64,000 nt of DNA from Minisyncoccota bacterium (GTDB lineage Bacteria > Patescibacteriota > Minisyncoccia > Phycocordibacterales > GWA1-40-21). Below, one piece after another: positions 20,848 to 30,340 of this stretch (the first letter of the stretch is position 1; each line of letters starts with the position of its first letter). The stretch spans positions 212,403 through 276,402 of the forward strand of contig JBAZRH010000001.1 of NCBI GenBank assembly GCA_041663045.1. The letters run 5' to 3'. The position numbers and the translations under genes were made by a program. A model generated the notes under the pieces. The model saw only the letters and a program-made list of their open reading frames with translations, ran no database searches and was not told the origin of the DNA.

Positions 20848-21460
20848 CTTCTATCATGGGGATAAATTCTATGCCTTTTGTTGGTAAAATCTTCGCCGGA
20901 AAAGCGTGGGCTGAGCCAAATCTTATTGCATCGTGAACTGGAAAACATACTTTGGGCTTAATTAAAATAGCATAATCCAGTGCATCACCTATCTTCATCC
21001 AAGGCCCGGAAACCGGCAGGGCCAATATCTTTACTTCTCTCTTTGGGTCTGTGAAAGCGTCACCTGGATACCACAAAAGATTATCAACAAAGTAACCAGT
21101 ATTAGAAGAAATCGGTATTAGACTGTGCATCATTGCATGCTTTTCCCCTATACCAGTCACCACCACCTCACCGACAGAAAAAGCTTGACCATTTTTCACA
21201 GTAATATTCTTAATATTTTCTTTATTTAGCAATTCACTAACTGAATCATTTGCGTAAATAATCGCTTGTGGATTATTTTTTAATATTATTTTCAATGACT
21301 CGATATGACAATGGTCTTGATGCTCGTGTGTAAACAAAACACAATCTATATCTTTCAATTTAGATTGAGCTTCCACAGTATAACTCCCAGGATCAGTAAG
21401 GATTCTTTTGCCCCTTGTCTCTATAAGTAAACAGCAATGTCCTAGTTTTGTGATTTTCAT
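20828..21460 (-). CDS. Metallo-beta-lactamase fold hydrolase
   Basis: 210 aa with the HxHxDH motif (LFTHEHQDHCH). Confidence 0.75.
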   Translation of the reverse strand: MKITKLGHCCLLIETRGKRILTDPGSYTVEAQSKLKDIDCVLFTHEHQDHCHIESLKIILKNNPQAIIYANDSVSELLNKENIKNITVKNGQAFSVGEVVVTGIGEKHAMMHSLIPISSNTGYFVDNLLWYPGDAFTDPKREVKILALPVSGPWMKIGDALDYAILIKPKVCFPVHDAIRFGSAHAFPAKILPTKGIEFIPMIEGDVKEF

Positions 21461-21481
21461 GTATTGATTATTAAAATATAT

Positions 21482-21835
21482 TTAGCTCGCCATGGATTTT
21501 CGGCTGGATATTGGGGTTATTACTGGCACTGGTGTGGGAGTAGGAGAGATTGTGGTAAGTGCCGTCGTAGAAACTATAGGCTTTGGTGCGGGTGCTATAT
21601 TCACCGAGGTATTTTGTGATATCACTATCCTCGAATCATCTTCTTCGTCTTCATCTTCCTCCCACTCTTCGCTTTCTGATTTCAGAATAACTTTGACCTT
21701 TTCATCTATTTTCTTTATCACTTCTTTTATCGGCTGTTGGGCAGTGGTTTTCTGACTATAAGCAAAAGTCCCACCCAGAAGCATCACAGCGACAAGTAAG
21801 AATGTTGCAACCGCATTGTAAGTATCTTTTCTCAT
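21482..21835 (-). CDS. Secreted protein with an acidic stretch and a Pro/Thr-rich C-terminus
   Basis: Start chosen at MRKDTYNAVATFLLVAVMLLGGTFAYSQ (signal peptide), followed by EEWEEDEDEEDD and then PTPTPVPVITP. The longer ORF to 21928 overlaps the rubredoxin gene. Confidence 0.45.
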   Translation of the reverse strand: MRKDTYNAVATFLLVAVMLLGGTFAYSQKTTAQQPIKEVIKKIDEKVKVILKSESEEWEEDEDEEDDSRIVISQNTSVNIAPAPKPIVSTTALTTISPTPTPVPVITPISSRKSMAS

Positions 21836-21846
21836 ATTTTTATATA

Positions 21847-22014
21847 TTAAACTTTTTGCCACATATGTGCATCGCTTTTTTTGACAGAACATTCCGGACA
21901 TTTGAAATCTGCGGGAAGATCTTCCCATTTGGTGCCTGGGGCTATGCCTCTTGTCGGCATGCCTTTGGCTTCGTCATATATCCAACCACATTCTAAACAA
22001 ACATATTGTGACAT
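21847..22014 (-). CDS. Rubredoxin
   Basis: 55 aa from MSQYVCLECGWIYDEAKG...FKCPECSVKKSD. Two CxxCG-type knuckles. The longer ORF-track version to 22158 is an upstream extension. Confidence 0.85.
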   Translation of the reverse strand: MSQYVCLECGWIYDEAKGMPTRGIAPGTKWEDLPADFKCPECSVKKSDAHMWQKV

Positions 22015-22036
22015 GTCTGTATTATAACATATTGGT

Positions 22037-22966
22037 ATGCATAACATCAAAAATGTTAGAATAAAGCTCGATATGAAGGAATTTGAATACAAAGGAAAGG
22101 CGATGGGGACGGATTTCTCTATTGCTATTGTATGTGATTCAAAAGGTTTGGCAGACAAGCTGGCAGACGAGGCCGAAAAAGAGATTTGGGATTATGAAAA
22201 GCTTTTTTCTCGATTTTTGCCGGAAAGTGAGCTGTCTAGACTGAATAAAGAAAAAGAGATTGTTGTGTCGGAAACTTTTATGAAAGTAGCTCTTGCTTCC
22301 AGAGAATTATTTTTCTTGACCGACGGAATATTCAATCCCCTATTTCAAATAGAAAGACTCGGCTATGATAAAGATTTTAATAGATTAGATATTATAAGTA
22401 TAAAGAAAAATATAGAAGAATATAATACAGATTTTACATCAACGGTTTTTGACGAGAAAGAGTCTATAATAATTTTACAAAAAGGGCAAAAACTTGATTT
22501 CGGAGGATTCCTAAAAGGTTATCTAGCTGAAATACTTTGCAAGGAGATCAAAAGCTCATCGAAAGAAATCGGCGGTGTTATCGTAAATATCGGTGGGGAT
22601 CTTTATACACAGGGGCTAGACGCTAATGGAAAAGAGTTTGTCTTTGAAATATACAATCCCATAACGAAAAAGGATGATATTTTGATCTCAATTTACAATC
22701 AAGCACTTGCAACAAGCGGAACTTATAAGAGAAATTGGAAAAACGGCAACTTAACTATTCACCATATTCTTGACATTTCAGGCATTCAAAATCCCGATAC
22801 AGGCGTAGTATCTGCTAGTATAATCTCCGATAGCGGGGCAAAATCTGAAGCCTTCGCAAAAGTATTTATTTCTGTCGGGCCAAAAGAAGCACAAAAAATC
22901 CTAAAAGATGATAAAATGAAATACATAATTATAAAAAGTGACGGAAAAATAATAAAAAACATATAA
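22037..22966 (+). CDS. apbE: FAD:protein FMN transferase (ApbE family)
   Basis: KGKAMGTDFSI, then a central ApbE-like region and GGDLY...ATSGTYKRNW. The start may be MKEF at 22073. Confidence 0.8.
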   Translation: MHNIKNVRIKLDMKEFEYKGKAMGTDFSIAIVCDSKGLADKLADEAEKEIWDYEKLFSRFLPESELSRLNKEKEIVVSETFMKVALASRELFFLTDGIFNPLFQIERLGYDKDFNRLDIISIKKNIEEYNTDFTSTVFDEKESIIILQKGQKLDFGGFLKGYLAEILCKEIKSSSKEIGGVIVNIGGDLYTQGLDANGKEFVFEIYNPITKKDDILISIYNQALATSGTYKRNWKNGNLTIHHILDISGIQNPDTGVVSASIISDSGAKSEAFAKVFISVGPKEAQKILKDDKMKYIIIKSDGKIIKNI

Positions 22967-23586
22967 TGAAAATATATTTACAAACGATTCAATTATTACA
23001 AAAAGTCTTCCTCGGAATATCGATTCTCATGATGCTAGCCCTGCCACTTATCATCGCTTTTAAACCCAATATCCTGCGTATCATAGGTATTTCAAATCTA
23101 TACAATATTTCACATATTACCATCTTCTTTGTCATGATTGTCCGCCCGCTTGCCGATATATTTATGCAAGCTAAATGGATTCGCCCTTTGGTCATACTTA
23201 GAAAAGGCGTCGGGGTATTGTCTGCTTCTGTGGTCGCTTCATTTATATTTTCAAAGATAATAATGGACCCGGCTGGATATCTCGGTTCATTTGCGACTGT
23301 TAAATATTGGTCTTTGCAAAATCTGGCGCTCTTTGCCCACCTTGCAGACATCTCCGCAATATTACTTTTAATCACATCAAATAATTTCTCGAAGAGAATA
23401 CTCGGCGACTGGTGGAAAAGGATACAAAGACTTTCATATGTGTATTTCTATGCGAGCTCCATGTATGTGCTAGTGATTTTGGGAAATAAAGATTATGTAA
23501 TATCAATAATCCTTGTCACAGCTCTCACTCTCATCGCCTTTATAAAGAATCGTCAGAAAGCCAAGCTTGAAACACAAACGATATGA
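22966..23586 (+). CDS. Polytopic membrane protein, possible ferric-reductase-like transmembrane (heme b) component
   Basis: 206 aa with about 6 TM helices and His residues inside helices (SHITIFFVM, FAHLADIS). Its stop overlaps the start of the downstream FAD/NAD reductase (ATGA at 23583). Confidence 0.4.
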   Translation: MKIYLQTIQLLQKVFLGISILMMLALPLIIAFKPNILRIIGISNLYNISHITIFFVMIVRPLADIFMQAKWIRPLVILRKGVGVLSASVVASFIFSKIIMDPAGYLGSFATVKYWSLQNLALFAHLADISAILLLITSNNFSKRILGDWWKRIQRLSYVYFYASSMYVLVILGNKDYVISIILVTALTLIAFIKNRQKAKLETQTI

Positions 23587-24284
23587 GTATAAAAAGAGTT
23601 TCTGGGAAAATTGTTGGAATAACAGATCTTACAAAGACGGCCAAAGAGATAAGGGTGGCTTTGGATAACCCTCTCGATTTTGTGGCTGGTGCTTTTGTAA
23701 ATATTTTTATTGATATAGACGGCGAGAAAGAAAGACGGGCATATTCTATTTCGTCATCAGATAAAGAGCAAAATAATATTTCTCTAGCTGTAAGATTGAC
23801 TCCAAAGGGCAAAGTAACACCTATTTTTTGGAACAAAGACCTTTTGGGCGAGAGAATAGAGCTCATGGGCCCGCTTGGTGTGAATACCGCAGACAAAATG
23901 CTTCATGAAAAAATATACCTTTTTGCTTTTGGTGTCGGTGCTGGGGTGGTGAAATCTCTAGCAGATCATTTTGCCGATGAAAATGGTCTCAAAAGCCTTG
24001 TGATTATGACAGGAAGCAGATTTGAAGACGAAATTATATACAAAGAATATTTCGATAATCTTGCCGAAAATTATCCAAAAATAAAAGTTTCTCATATAGT
24101 CTCGAGACCGCAAGACGCCTCCATTTATAAAAAAGGTTATATCCAAGATTATATTAGTGAACTTGATTTTAGCAATTCAGATATCTATGTCTGCGGGCAA
24201 GAGTCCGCCTGCACAGCTTTAGTAGAAAAAATAAAATTATCAAATCCGATCAACTGTAGCTTCTTCGTTGAAGCTTTTCACTAA
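23583..24284 (+). CDS. Ferredoxin-NADP reductase-like FAD/NAD(P)-binding oxidoreductase domain protein
   Basis: 233 aa. RRAYSISSS (RxYS FAD motif), GPLG, and a GxGxG-like FAFGVGAG NAD(P) site. Confidence 0.7.
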   Translation: MSIKRVSGKIVGITDLTKTAKEIRVALDNPLDFVAGAFVNIFIDIDGEKERRAYSISSSDKEQNNISLAVRLTPKGKVTPIFWNKDLLGERIELMGPLGVNTADKMLHEKIYLFAFGVGAGVVKSLADHFADENGLKSLVIMTGSRFEDEIIYKEYFDNLAENYPKIKVSHIVSRPQDASIYKKGYIQDYISELDFSNSDIYVCGQESACTALVEKIKLSNPINCSFFVEAFH

Positions 24285-24293
24285 AGTCAGAAC

Positions 24294-24677
24294 CTAAAGT
24301 AAATACCGACCAAATATTAAAATGCCGACAATAAGCGCTGTGCATGCTGATATCAATACAGCTCCAGCAGCAATATCTTTTGTATCTCGAGCAAATGGAT
24401 GATATTCGGGAGATGTCAGGTCCATATCTACTTCAATAGCTGTGTTAAAGGCTTCGGAAACAAGCACAAAACCTCCAGCAAGTGTCAGGAATATCCATTC
24501 TATATGGGTGATTTTCAGATAAACACCAAGAAAAACTGCCAAGATTAAGACGACAATATGAATCCACGCATTATGTGTAGACTTCACAAAAATCCAAATC
24601 CCCCTCCCCGCATGCGCAAAACTCTGCGCCCTTTTGATTATTGAGAATACTTTTTTGTTATTTTGATTGTCTTGCAT
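24294..24677 (-). CDS. dgkA: Diacylglycerol kinase / undecaprenol kinase family (DgkA)
   Basis: 127 aa with 3 TM helices and the EAFNTAIE motif. Confidence 0.8.
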   Translation of the reverse strand: MQDNQNNKKVFSIIKRAQSFAHAGRGIWIFVKSTHNAWIHIVVLILAVFLGVYLKITHIEWIFLTLAGGFVLVSEAFNTAIEVDMDLTSPEYHPFARDTKDIAAGAVLISACTALIVGILIFGRYLL

Positions 24678-24689
24678 ATCAGAATTGTA

Positions 24690-25691
24690 TCATGATAACT
24701 TATTTATTTCTTTCAAAAAACTGTGATACTTTTTAGCAATAGCAAGACGAGATTGATTGTTTTCTGAAAGCATATATTGATATGGGCAAACGATCAGTTG
24801 ACAATAAAGTATAAAATAATTATCAAGCCCTCTTGGTATTTTATTATTTGTCGATTTTTCATATCCTCTCAAAACTTCATCAAAATATCTTTTACCTAAA
24901 AACACGTAAATATCTGCGGCAATTCTATAAACGTTTAAGAATTTATATCCAGTAAGCCAATCGATTTTAGGTGCATAAGTGTCGAGTGGAAGGAAAGTTC
25001 CGTCTTTATCTAAGACAGCATTATCCGCATGAATATCTAAACACGGGCCGACTAGATTATTATTTTCAATAAACCAATTTTTATTTTGTTTTATATATTC
25101 TGATAATTTATTTAAATATTTATCACACTCACCTTTTTCAAAATATTTCCCTGCGGCCTTTACCCAGGCGGTCATATCTACAAGCCTAGTTTCCTGATCT
25201 TCATACAGACTTTTATTTATCTTAATCTTAGGTAAGGAAGCTTCTCTTTTGCCAAGTTCAAAACCGATTGAATAGCAATCCTGCATTGAAATACTATTTT
25301 TTAACAGTCTTTCAATGAGTGAATATGACATATCGATTTTATTCATCACTATTACAAATTCATCAGCAATGTCATCTGCTTCGGTGAATTTTATTTTGCC
25401 ATCTTCGAGAACTACTCCTCTTAAATCTGTATAAATCTCAGGGCTTAACTTATTATTCCATTCGAAGTCATTTCTTGTAAAAGACAATCGATTTTCCTTA
25501 ATGGAGAGATCATTAAAATCTTTATTGAAAAAAGCACTGTCGTCCATATATATTTTATAGACTTTATCATTACACAAAAATAGATTTGATATAGCGGTTG
25601 TAATCCTCTTCGGCTTACAATTTGCTCCCGGGAAATCTCCTTCAGCAAATTTATCAATTATTTGTTTGCCTTTGGTCATATTATTCTTCAA
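24690..25691 (-). CDS. Protein-kinase-like / aminoglycoside-phosphotransferase-like fold small-molecule kinase (putative)
   Basis: 333 aa. Lys in VYKIY (beta3-like), catalytic-loop-like LDIHADNAVLD, and an IDW metal-binding motif resembling APH/choline-kinase IDxE. Confidence 0.45.
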   Translation of the reverse strand: MKNNMTKGKQIIDKFAEGDFPGANCKPKRITTAISNLFLCNDKVYKIYMDDSAFFNKDFNDLSIKENRLSFTRNDFEWNNKLSPEIYTDLRGVVLEDGKIKFTEADDIADEFVIVMNKIDMSYSLIERLLKNSISMQDCYSIGFELGKREASLPKIKINKSLYEDQETRLVDMTAWVKAAGKYFEKGECDKYLNKLSEYIKQNKNWFIENNNLVGPCLDIHADNAVLDKDGTFLPLDTYAPKIDWLTGYKFLNVYRIAADIYVFLGKRYFDEVLRGYEKSTNNKIPRGLDNYFILYCQLIVCPYQYMLSENNQSRLAIAKKYHSFLKEINKLS

Positions 25692-26421
25692 TCTTTACTG
25701 ACCTATCACTTCTGTCGAAAATCACCTCTTTCGTTTTACCGTCAAAAGTGACTTTTAGTTTTATGATGCTTTTTTTATCTGATTCATAAGCTTCTATATA
25801 AACGGATTCACCAAAAGATGGTACGTTATATTTGCCCACATTCTCAATACCAAAGACATCATCTATAATATGGGTAATTACTTCAAAGTGCGAAACAGCT
25901 ATTACGTGTGGTGTTTTGTCCTCGGGTGGATGCTTTTCAAACCAACGAATCAAATATTCAAAGCTTCTATATAAACGCTCTTTTTTATTTTGCTGTGGCT
26001 CGATAATATCTGGTCTTTCATTAAAAAGAGGGTCTTTGTAGTGGTCTTCAGCTAATTTTTCGGGGCTAGTAGAGGATTTATTGAAATATTCAATAATAGT
26101 GTCGAGATCGTTTAAATCGCTACTGCGTAGCTGATCTATCTCGGTCTTAGGAACATCTTTTAGTCCGGCAGATTCAGCAACGAAATCTATTGTGCCTTTA
26201 GCTCGTCTTGCTGGGGAGTGTACTAATATAATATCGTCATTTTCTGAAATAGTACCGTCTTCACGAATTTTTTTACCTTTTCTTATCGCGTTTTCGACAC
26301 CCTCCGGAGTCAAATCGTGTCCCTCATCTTTATAAAAAGGTTTTTCATGTCTCATCAAAGTCACCTTAAACAGTAGTTTTGGCTCGACTTCAACTCCTTT
26401 TATAAATTCTTTTGACTCCAT
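25681..26421 (-). CDS. Histidine phosphatase superfamily (phosphoglycerate-mutase-like) protein
   Basis: 246 aa. N-terminal LMRHEKP (RHG-type motif), a second His in ILVHSPARRA, and a C-terminal SHFEVI. Confidence 0.65.
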   Translation of the reverse strand: MESKEFIKGVEVEPKLLFKVTLMRHEKPFYKDEGHDLTPEGVENAIRKGKKIREDGTISENDDIILVHSPARRAKGTIDFVAESAGLKDVPKTEIDQLRSSDLNDLDTIIEYFNKSSTSPEKLAEDHYKDPLFNERPDIIEPQQNKKERLYRSFEYLIRWFEKHPPEDKTPHVIAVSHFEVITHIIDDVFGIENVGKYNVPSFGESVYIEAYESDKKSIIKLKVTFDGKTKEVIFDRSDRSVKIEE

Positions 26422-26435
26422 AAAATTATAAGATT

Positions 26436-27881
26436 TTAATTAATTTTCTTTACGATTCCCTTTTCCGCATCCACTTCCACCATATCTCCGTCTTTGAAGA
26501 TTTTAGTAGCTATTTTAGTATTTGTAATACACGGTTTTTTCATTTCTCTTGCTACTATTGCCGCGTGACACAATATGCCTCCCTCATCGGTGACAAAAGC
26601 TGCAGCTTTTTCCATAGCTGGTATAAAATTTGGAAAAGTCATCACTGCAACCAAAATATCTCCTCTTTCGACTTTTTTAATATCATCTCCCGTATAAACT
26701 ACTTTAGCTTTACCAGAAACAACACCCCTAAATGCAATATTTCCAGACAATGTACTGACCCTTTCTGGTTCTTTAGTAATATTCATTAAATCTGCCATAG
26801 ATTTACTGCCAGACAAAAGCGTGTATGATTCGCCGTTTAAAACAAAAGCGAAAAAAGATTTCCTTCTATTCAATTCATCGTTTGAAATACCCGCCTTTAG
26901 ATTTTCAGCTATTTCAATTAATTCCGGAAAAGTTAAATAGATTACAGATTCTGTGTCAAAACCCGCTCTTTTGGCTATTTCATAAAATAGATTCTTTGCC
27001 TTATACCCCGAGCGATACATAATATCCGTCCTCCATGTTCTCACGTATGAGAAATCTTGCGTAATTGTCGCCAAGTGATTTGCAGCATCACTCATCTTCA
27101 AGTCTTCAACAAGTTTTATTCTCTCTTCTGCGGAACTCTTTTTCACCTCATCGAGAAGTGCCGTTTCTTCTTCCGGATTTTTCCCTTGCTTAAATAGATT
27201 GTCAATTCTTTCTATTATATCCTCTCTCTTCCACTCTCTATTCCACCAATATCCTCTCGTGCCTATCCAAGAAAAATTCTTTAAATGCTCTTCTAGAAGA
27301 CGATTAAAATCTTTATTCTTATCTTTATGTGCTTTAGCCAACGATAAAAAACTCCTCTCTTCTAGAGTATGCTCGTTTTCTTTTTCCGATTGCGTCAAAA
27401 TAGAGACCTCATCTAATTTCTTCTTTTCATCTTTACCTGGAAGTAAATCCATCAATTCTTTCAACAGAATCCTGTCTACGATAGCTAGTGGAATTAAAAA
27501 ACAATGCGAAGCTACTCCTAATTCATAATATCTATTTATATATTCTACGAGCTGTTTCTGGGACAATTTAGAATAATCGATTTCAGAAATAGAAGATGCA
27601 AATTCATAAAATTTACCGACTTGAGAAATGAGATTATCTCTAAATGAATACAAGAAATCTGTGCCATTACTTTTAAACAACGCCAACAGACCATCGAGTT
27701 CTTTCTTACTATGAATTATCTCGCCAGTACCCTTAAATATCGCATTCTTAAAACTAAAAGGTATTCCGACTACTTTATCCATAGCAGTATATGCTCTTAT
27801 GGTTAATGAATAGAAAAGCAGACTTTCTTTCCTATTTACCACATCTACCCAGTCGACTTTTTTTAAATCTTCTATCTCCAT
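26436..27881 (-). CDS. PEP-utilising-enzyme mobile (phosphohistidine swivel) domain protein, paralog A, with a novel N-terminal helical domain
   Basis: 481 aa. C-terminal GNIAFRGVVSGKAKVV...GGILCHAAIVAREMKKPCITNT...DGDMVEVDAEKGIVKKIN matches the PEP-utilizers swivel domain, catalytic His included. No ATP-grasp or TIM barrel. Confidence 0.7.
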   Translation of the reverse strand: MEIEDLKKVDWVDVVNRKESLLFYSLTIRAYTAMDKVVGIPFSFKNAIFKGTGEIIHSKKELDGLLALFKSNGTDFLYSFRDNLISQVGKFYEFASSISEIDYSKLSQKQLVEYINRYYELGVASHCFLIPLAIVDRILLKELMDLLPGKDEKKKLDEVSILTQSEKENEHTLEERSFLSLAKAHKDKNKDFNRLLEEHLKNFSWIGTRGYWWNREWKREDIIERIDNLFKQGKNPEEETALLDEVKKSSAEERIKLVEDLKMSDAANHLATITQDFSYVRTWRTDIMYRSGYKAKNLFYEIAKRAGFDTESVIYLTFPELIEIAENLKAGISNDELNRRKSFFAFVLNGESYTLLSGSKSMADLMNITKEPERVSTLSGNIAFRGVVSGKAKVVYTGDDIKKVERGDILVAVMTFPNFIPAMEKAAAFVTDEGGILCHAAIVAREMKKPCITNTKIATKIFKDGDMVEVDAEKGIVKKIN

Positions 27882-27883
27882 AT

Positions 27884-29275
27884 TTAATTTAATTTCTTCA
27901 CCACCCCTCTCTCCGCATCCACTTCCACCAAGTCACCGTCACGCAGCACTCTTGTGCCTATTCTAGTGCCAACAATACATGGGATGCCCAGTTCCCTTGC
28001 TACTATCGCCGCGTGACAAGTTAAGCCCCCTTCATCTGTAATTATTGCTTTTGCCAATTTCATTATAGGCAAGAAATCTGGTCGTGTCATCTCTGCAACA
28101 ATGATATTTCCACTTTCAAATTTACTAAATTCATTTGAACCGATTATTATTGATACATTGCCTTTAGCAAAACCCCTTGCAGCGGGGGTACCAGAAAATG
28201 TTTTAATATCTTTATCAACCTTGATTTTTTCTTCAACAAACACACCTTCTCTATACGATATTTCACTATTATTCCATAGGCATGTAACATACTCTCTCTT
28301 TTCAATTCTATTAGTTGTCTCCTCGGGACTACTAATTAAATCTCCGTATTCATCCCAAAAGAGTCTATCGGCGATATTCACATCAATCTTTAGTCTACTA
28401 CATGCCTCATCTAAGAAACGGTACATTGTATAATTGCCAATCAAATTTAGTTTTTTCCTTTGATCTCTAATGACCTCAGATATTTTTAATAGTTCCAAAA
28501 TACCTATCTCTTCTTGGTTTAGTTCGAGATTGTTTAAATTAAATCCAGTCTTATCTCTGTTTGTATGCGTCGCACCTTTAAATTTTGTCTGTATCTTATC
28601 AGGTGTCATTTTTCCACTATATTTATATGAAGCATCAATATAGAAAAATAACTTATAATAATCTTCAATCAGCTCAGCACGTTTAGATTCATCTTTCTCT
28701 TCCCTTATTCTTAAAAGAAGTCTCTCATTTTCAATCATGAAACTCGTATATGGAGAATTTAAATGATTTTCAATAATTTCATTGGTATTTTTATATCTCT
28801 TAGCAAGAACCTTATGTAGGTATTCAGAAATCACTCCATCATAGACGAAAGTTATCGCCCCTGGGGCATACTTTTCTATATAGACTTTCATAAAATTAAA
28901 GTACTCTGAGACTAATTCCTTAGCATTCATCTTACCCATTCTCTGTATATCAAGTAGAGCTGTTTTTCTTAGAGATTCCGAGTCTTGTATAATTGAATTT
29001 TTTATTTCATCAAAATAATTCAAATTTTCTGGCTTACTAACAAATTTCGCGACGGATGCACACTCAGTCTTTATATGTTCATCTATTATCCATTCATCGG
29101 CCTTTTCTTTTAAAACATTAATAGTATTAGCATAAAAACCTATTTTAAATTTATTTATATAATCAGCACATCTTACGACTTCTGGTAAGACTGATACAGC
29201 AAATACTGAAGCAGCCATACCCGAAACCTTGTCTGCTATATAATAACCAGTCTTTATGTTTTTATTTATAGCCAT
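27884..29275 (-). CDS. PEP-utilising-enzyme mobile domain protein, paralog B
   Basis: 463 aa. C-terminal GTPAARGFAKGNVSII...GGLTCHAAIVARELGIPCIVGT...DGDLVEVDAERGVVKKLN. Confidence 0.7.
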   Translation of the reverse strand: MAINKNIKTGYYIADKVSGMAASVFAVSVLPEVVRCADYINKFKIGFYANTINVLKEKADEWIIDEHIKTECASVAKFVSKPENLNYFDEIKNSIIQDSESLRKTALLDIQRMGKMNAKELVSEYFNFMKVYIEKYAPGAITFVYDGVISEYLHKVLAKRYKNTNEIIENHLNSPYTSFMIENERLLLRIREEKDESKRAELIEDYYKLFFYIDASYKYSGKMTPDKIQTKFKGATHTNRDKTGFNLNNLELNQEEIGILELLKISEVIRDQRKKLNLIGNYTMYRFLDEACSRLKIDVNIADRLFWDEYGDLISSPEETTNRIEKREYVTCLWNNSEISYREGVFVEEKIKVDKDIKTFSGTPAARGFAKGNVSIIIGSNEFSKFESGNIIVAEMTRPDFLPIMKLAKAIITDEGGLTCHAAIVARELGIPCIVGTRIGTRVLRDGDLVEVDAERGVVKKLN

Positions 29276-30340
29276 CTATTTTAATTTCTTCACCACCCCC
29301 CTCTCCGCATCCACCTCCACCATATCTCCGTCTTTGAAGACTTGAGTGGCGATTTTGGTGCCGATTACGCAGGGTATTTTGAATTCTCGCGACATTATGG
29401 CGGCATGGGAAATTATACCACCCTCGTCTGTTACTATAGCTCCGGCTTTTCTAATCGCTATCATCAGGTCTGGCGTAGTTGAGCTAGAGAGTAAGACATT
29501 TCCTTCTTCAAACTTTTTCGCTTCCTCTTTCGTAAATACAATAGATACCTTGCCACGATATATTCCTTTGTATGCTATTTGCCCTTTAACAAGATTATCT
29601 GCACCTAGATGATCATCTAGCTTGGGTGTTACAAGTTCAATCCCTGTATTTTCAAGAATTTCTTTTATAGATTTTCCGGTATAAAGATGTCCGTCGGCGA
29701 AATAAAATTCTTTATATCTAATTTTTAACTCTTCTTCATCTGGAATATTCCCATTTATAATTTCGTGTAAAGTTACCATATCCGCATATTTACCAAGATT
29801 TGGATATAAAGAAAGGATTGTTGAGCGGACAATGTGATCCAAGGCGGGTGCAAACTTATCCGTCCTTTTCCTAAATTCCATCAATTTATCCAGAAGATCT
29901 GGATGTAGATTTTTCTGCTCAAACATTTCAACTGTCCACCAAAGACCTGCATACCAAGCCCAAGAATATTTGGCATCAGATATAAATTTCTCGAAATAAT
30001 CCTTAGAGACAGGCTCGCCTTTATCAAAAATAGCACCGACTTTTGCATAAGCTTTCTCGTTTTCTGCCAGCATATTTTGTACGTATGAATTGTCTGCTTT
30101 TATTTTCTTAAGGATTTCCCCTTTCTGCCACTCAACTTGTTGACTATCAATATACAAACTACCTTTTCCCGCTTTTCTCTCAGCCACAAAATAAGGCTTT
30201 TTTAAGATGATATTATCAAGATACGGCAAAGGACCGGTCTCGGTATCCAATCCGATTTCATACAATGCTAATGTAAAATCACGATGTCCAAATAATTCTA
30301 ATTTTCTTTTTTGTTTGGAAGTCATAAAAGTTTTATTCAT
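29276..30340 (-). CDS. PEP-utilising-enzyme mobile domain protein, paralog C
   Basis: 354 aa. C-terminal GQIAYKGIYRGKVSIV...GGIISHAAIMSREFKIPCVIGT...DGDMVEVDAERGVVKKLK. Confidence 0.7.
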   Translation of the reverse strand: MNKTFMTSKQKRKLELFGHRDFTLALYEIGLDTETGPLPYLDNIILKKPYFVAERKAGKGSLYIDSQQVEWQKGEILKKIKADNSYVQNMLAENEKAYAKVGAIFDKGEPVSKDYFEKFISDAKYSWAWYAGLWWTVEMFEQKNLHPDLLDKLMEFRKRTDKFAPALDHIVRSTILSLYPNLGKYADMVTLHEIINGNIPDEEELKIRYKEFYFADGHLYTGKSIKEILENTGIELVTPKLDDHLGADNLVKGQIAYKGIYRGKVSIVFTKEEAKKFEEGNVLLSSSTTPDLMIAIRKAGAIVTDEGGIISHAAIMSREFKIPCVIGTKIATQVFKDGDMVEVDAERGVVKKLK

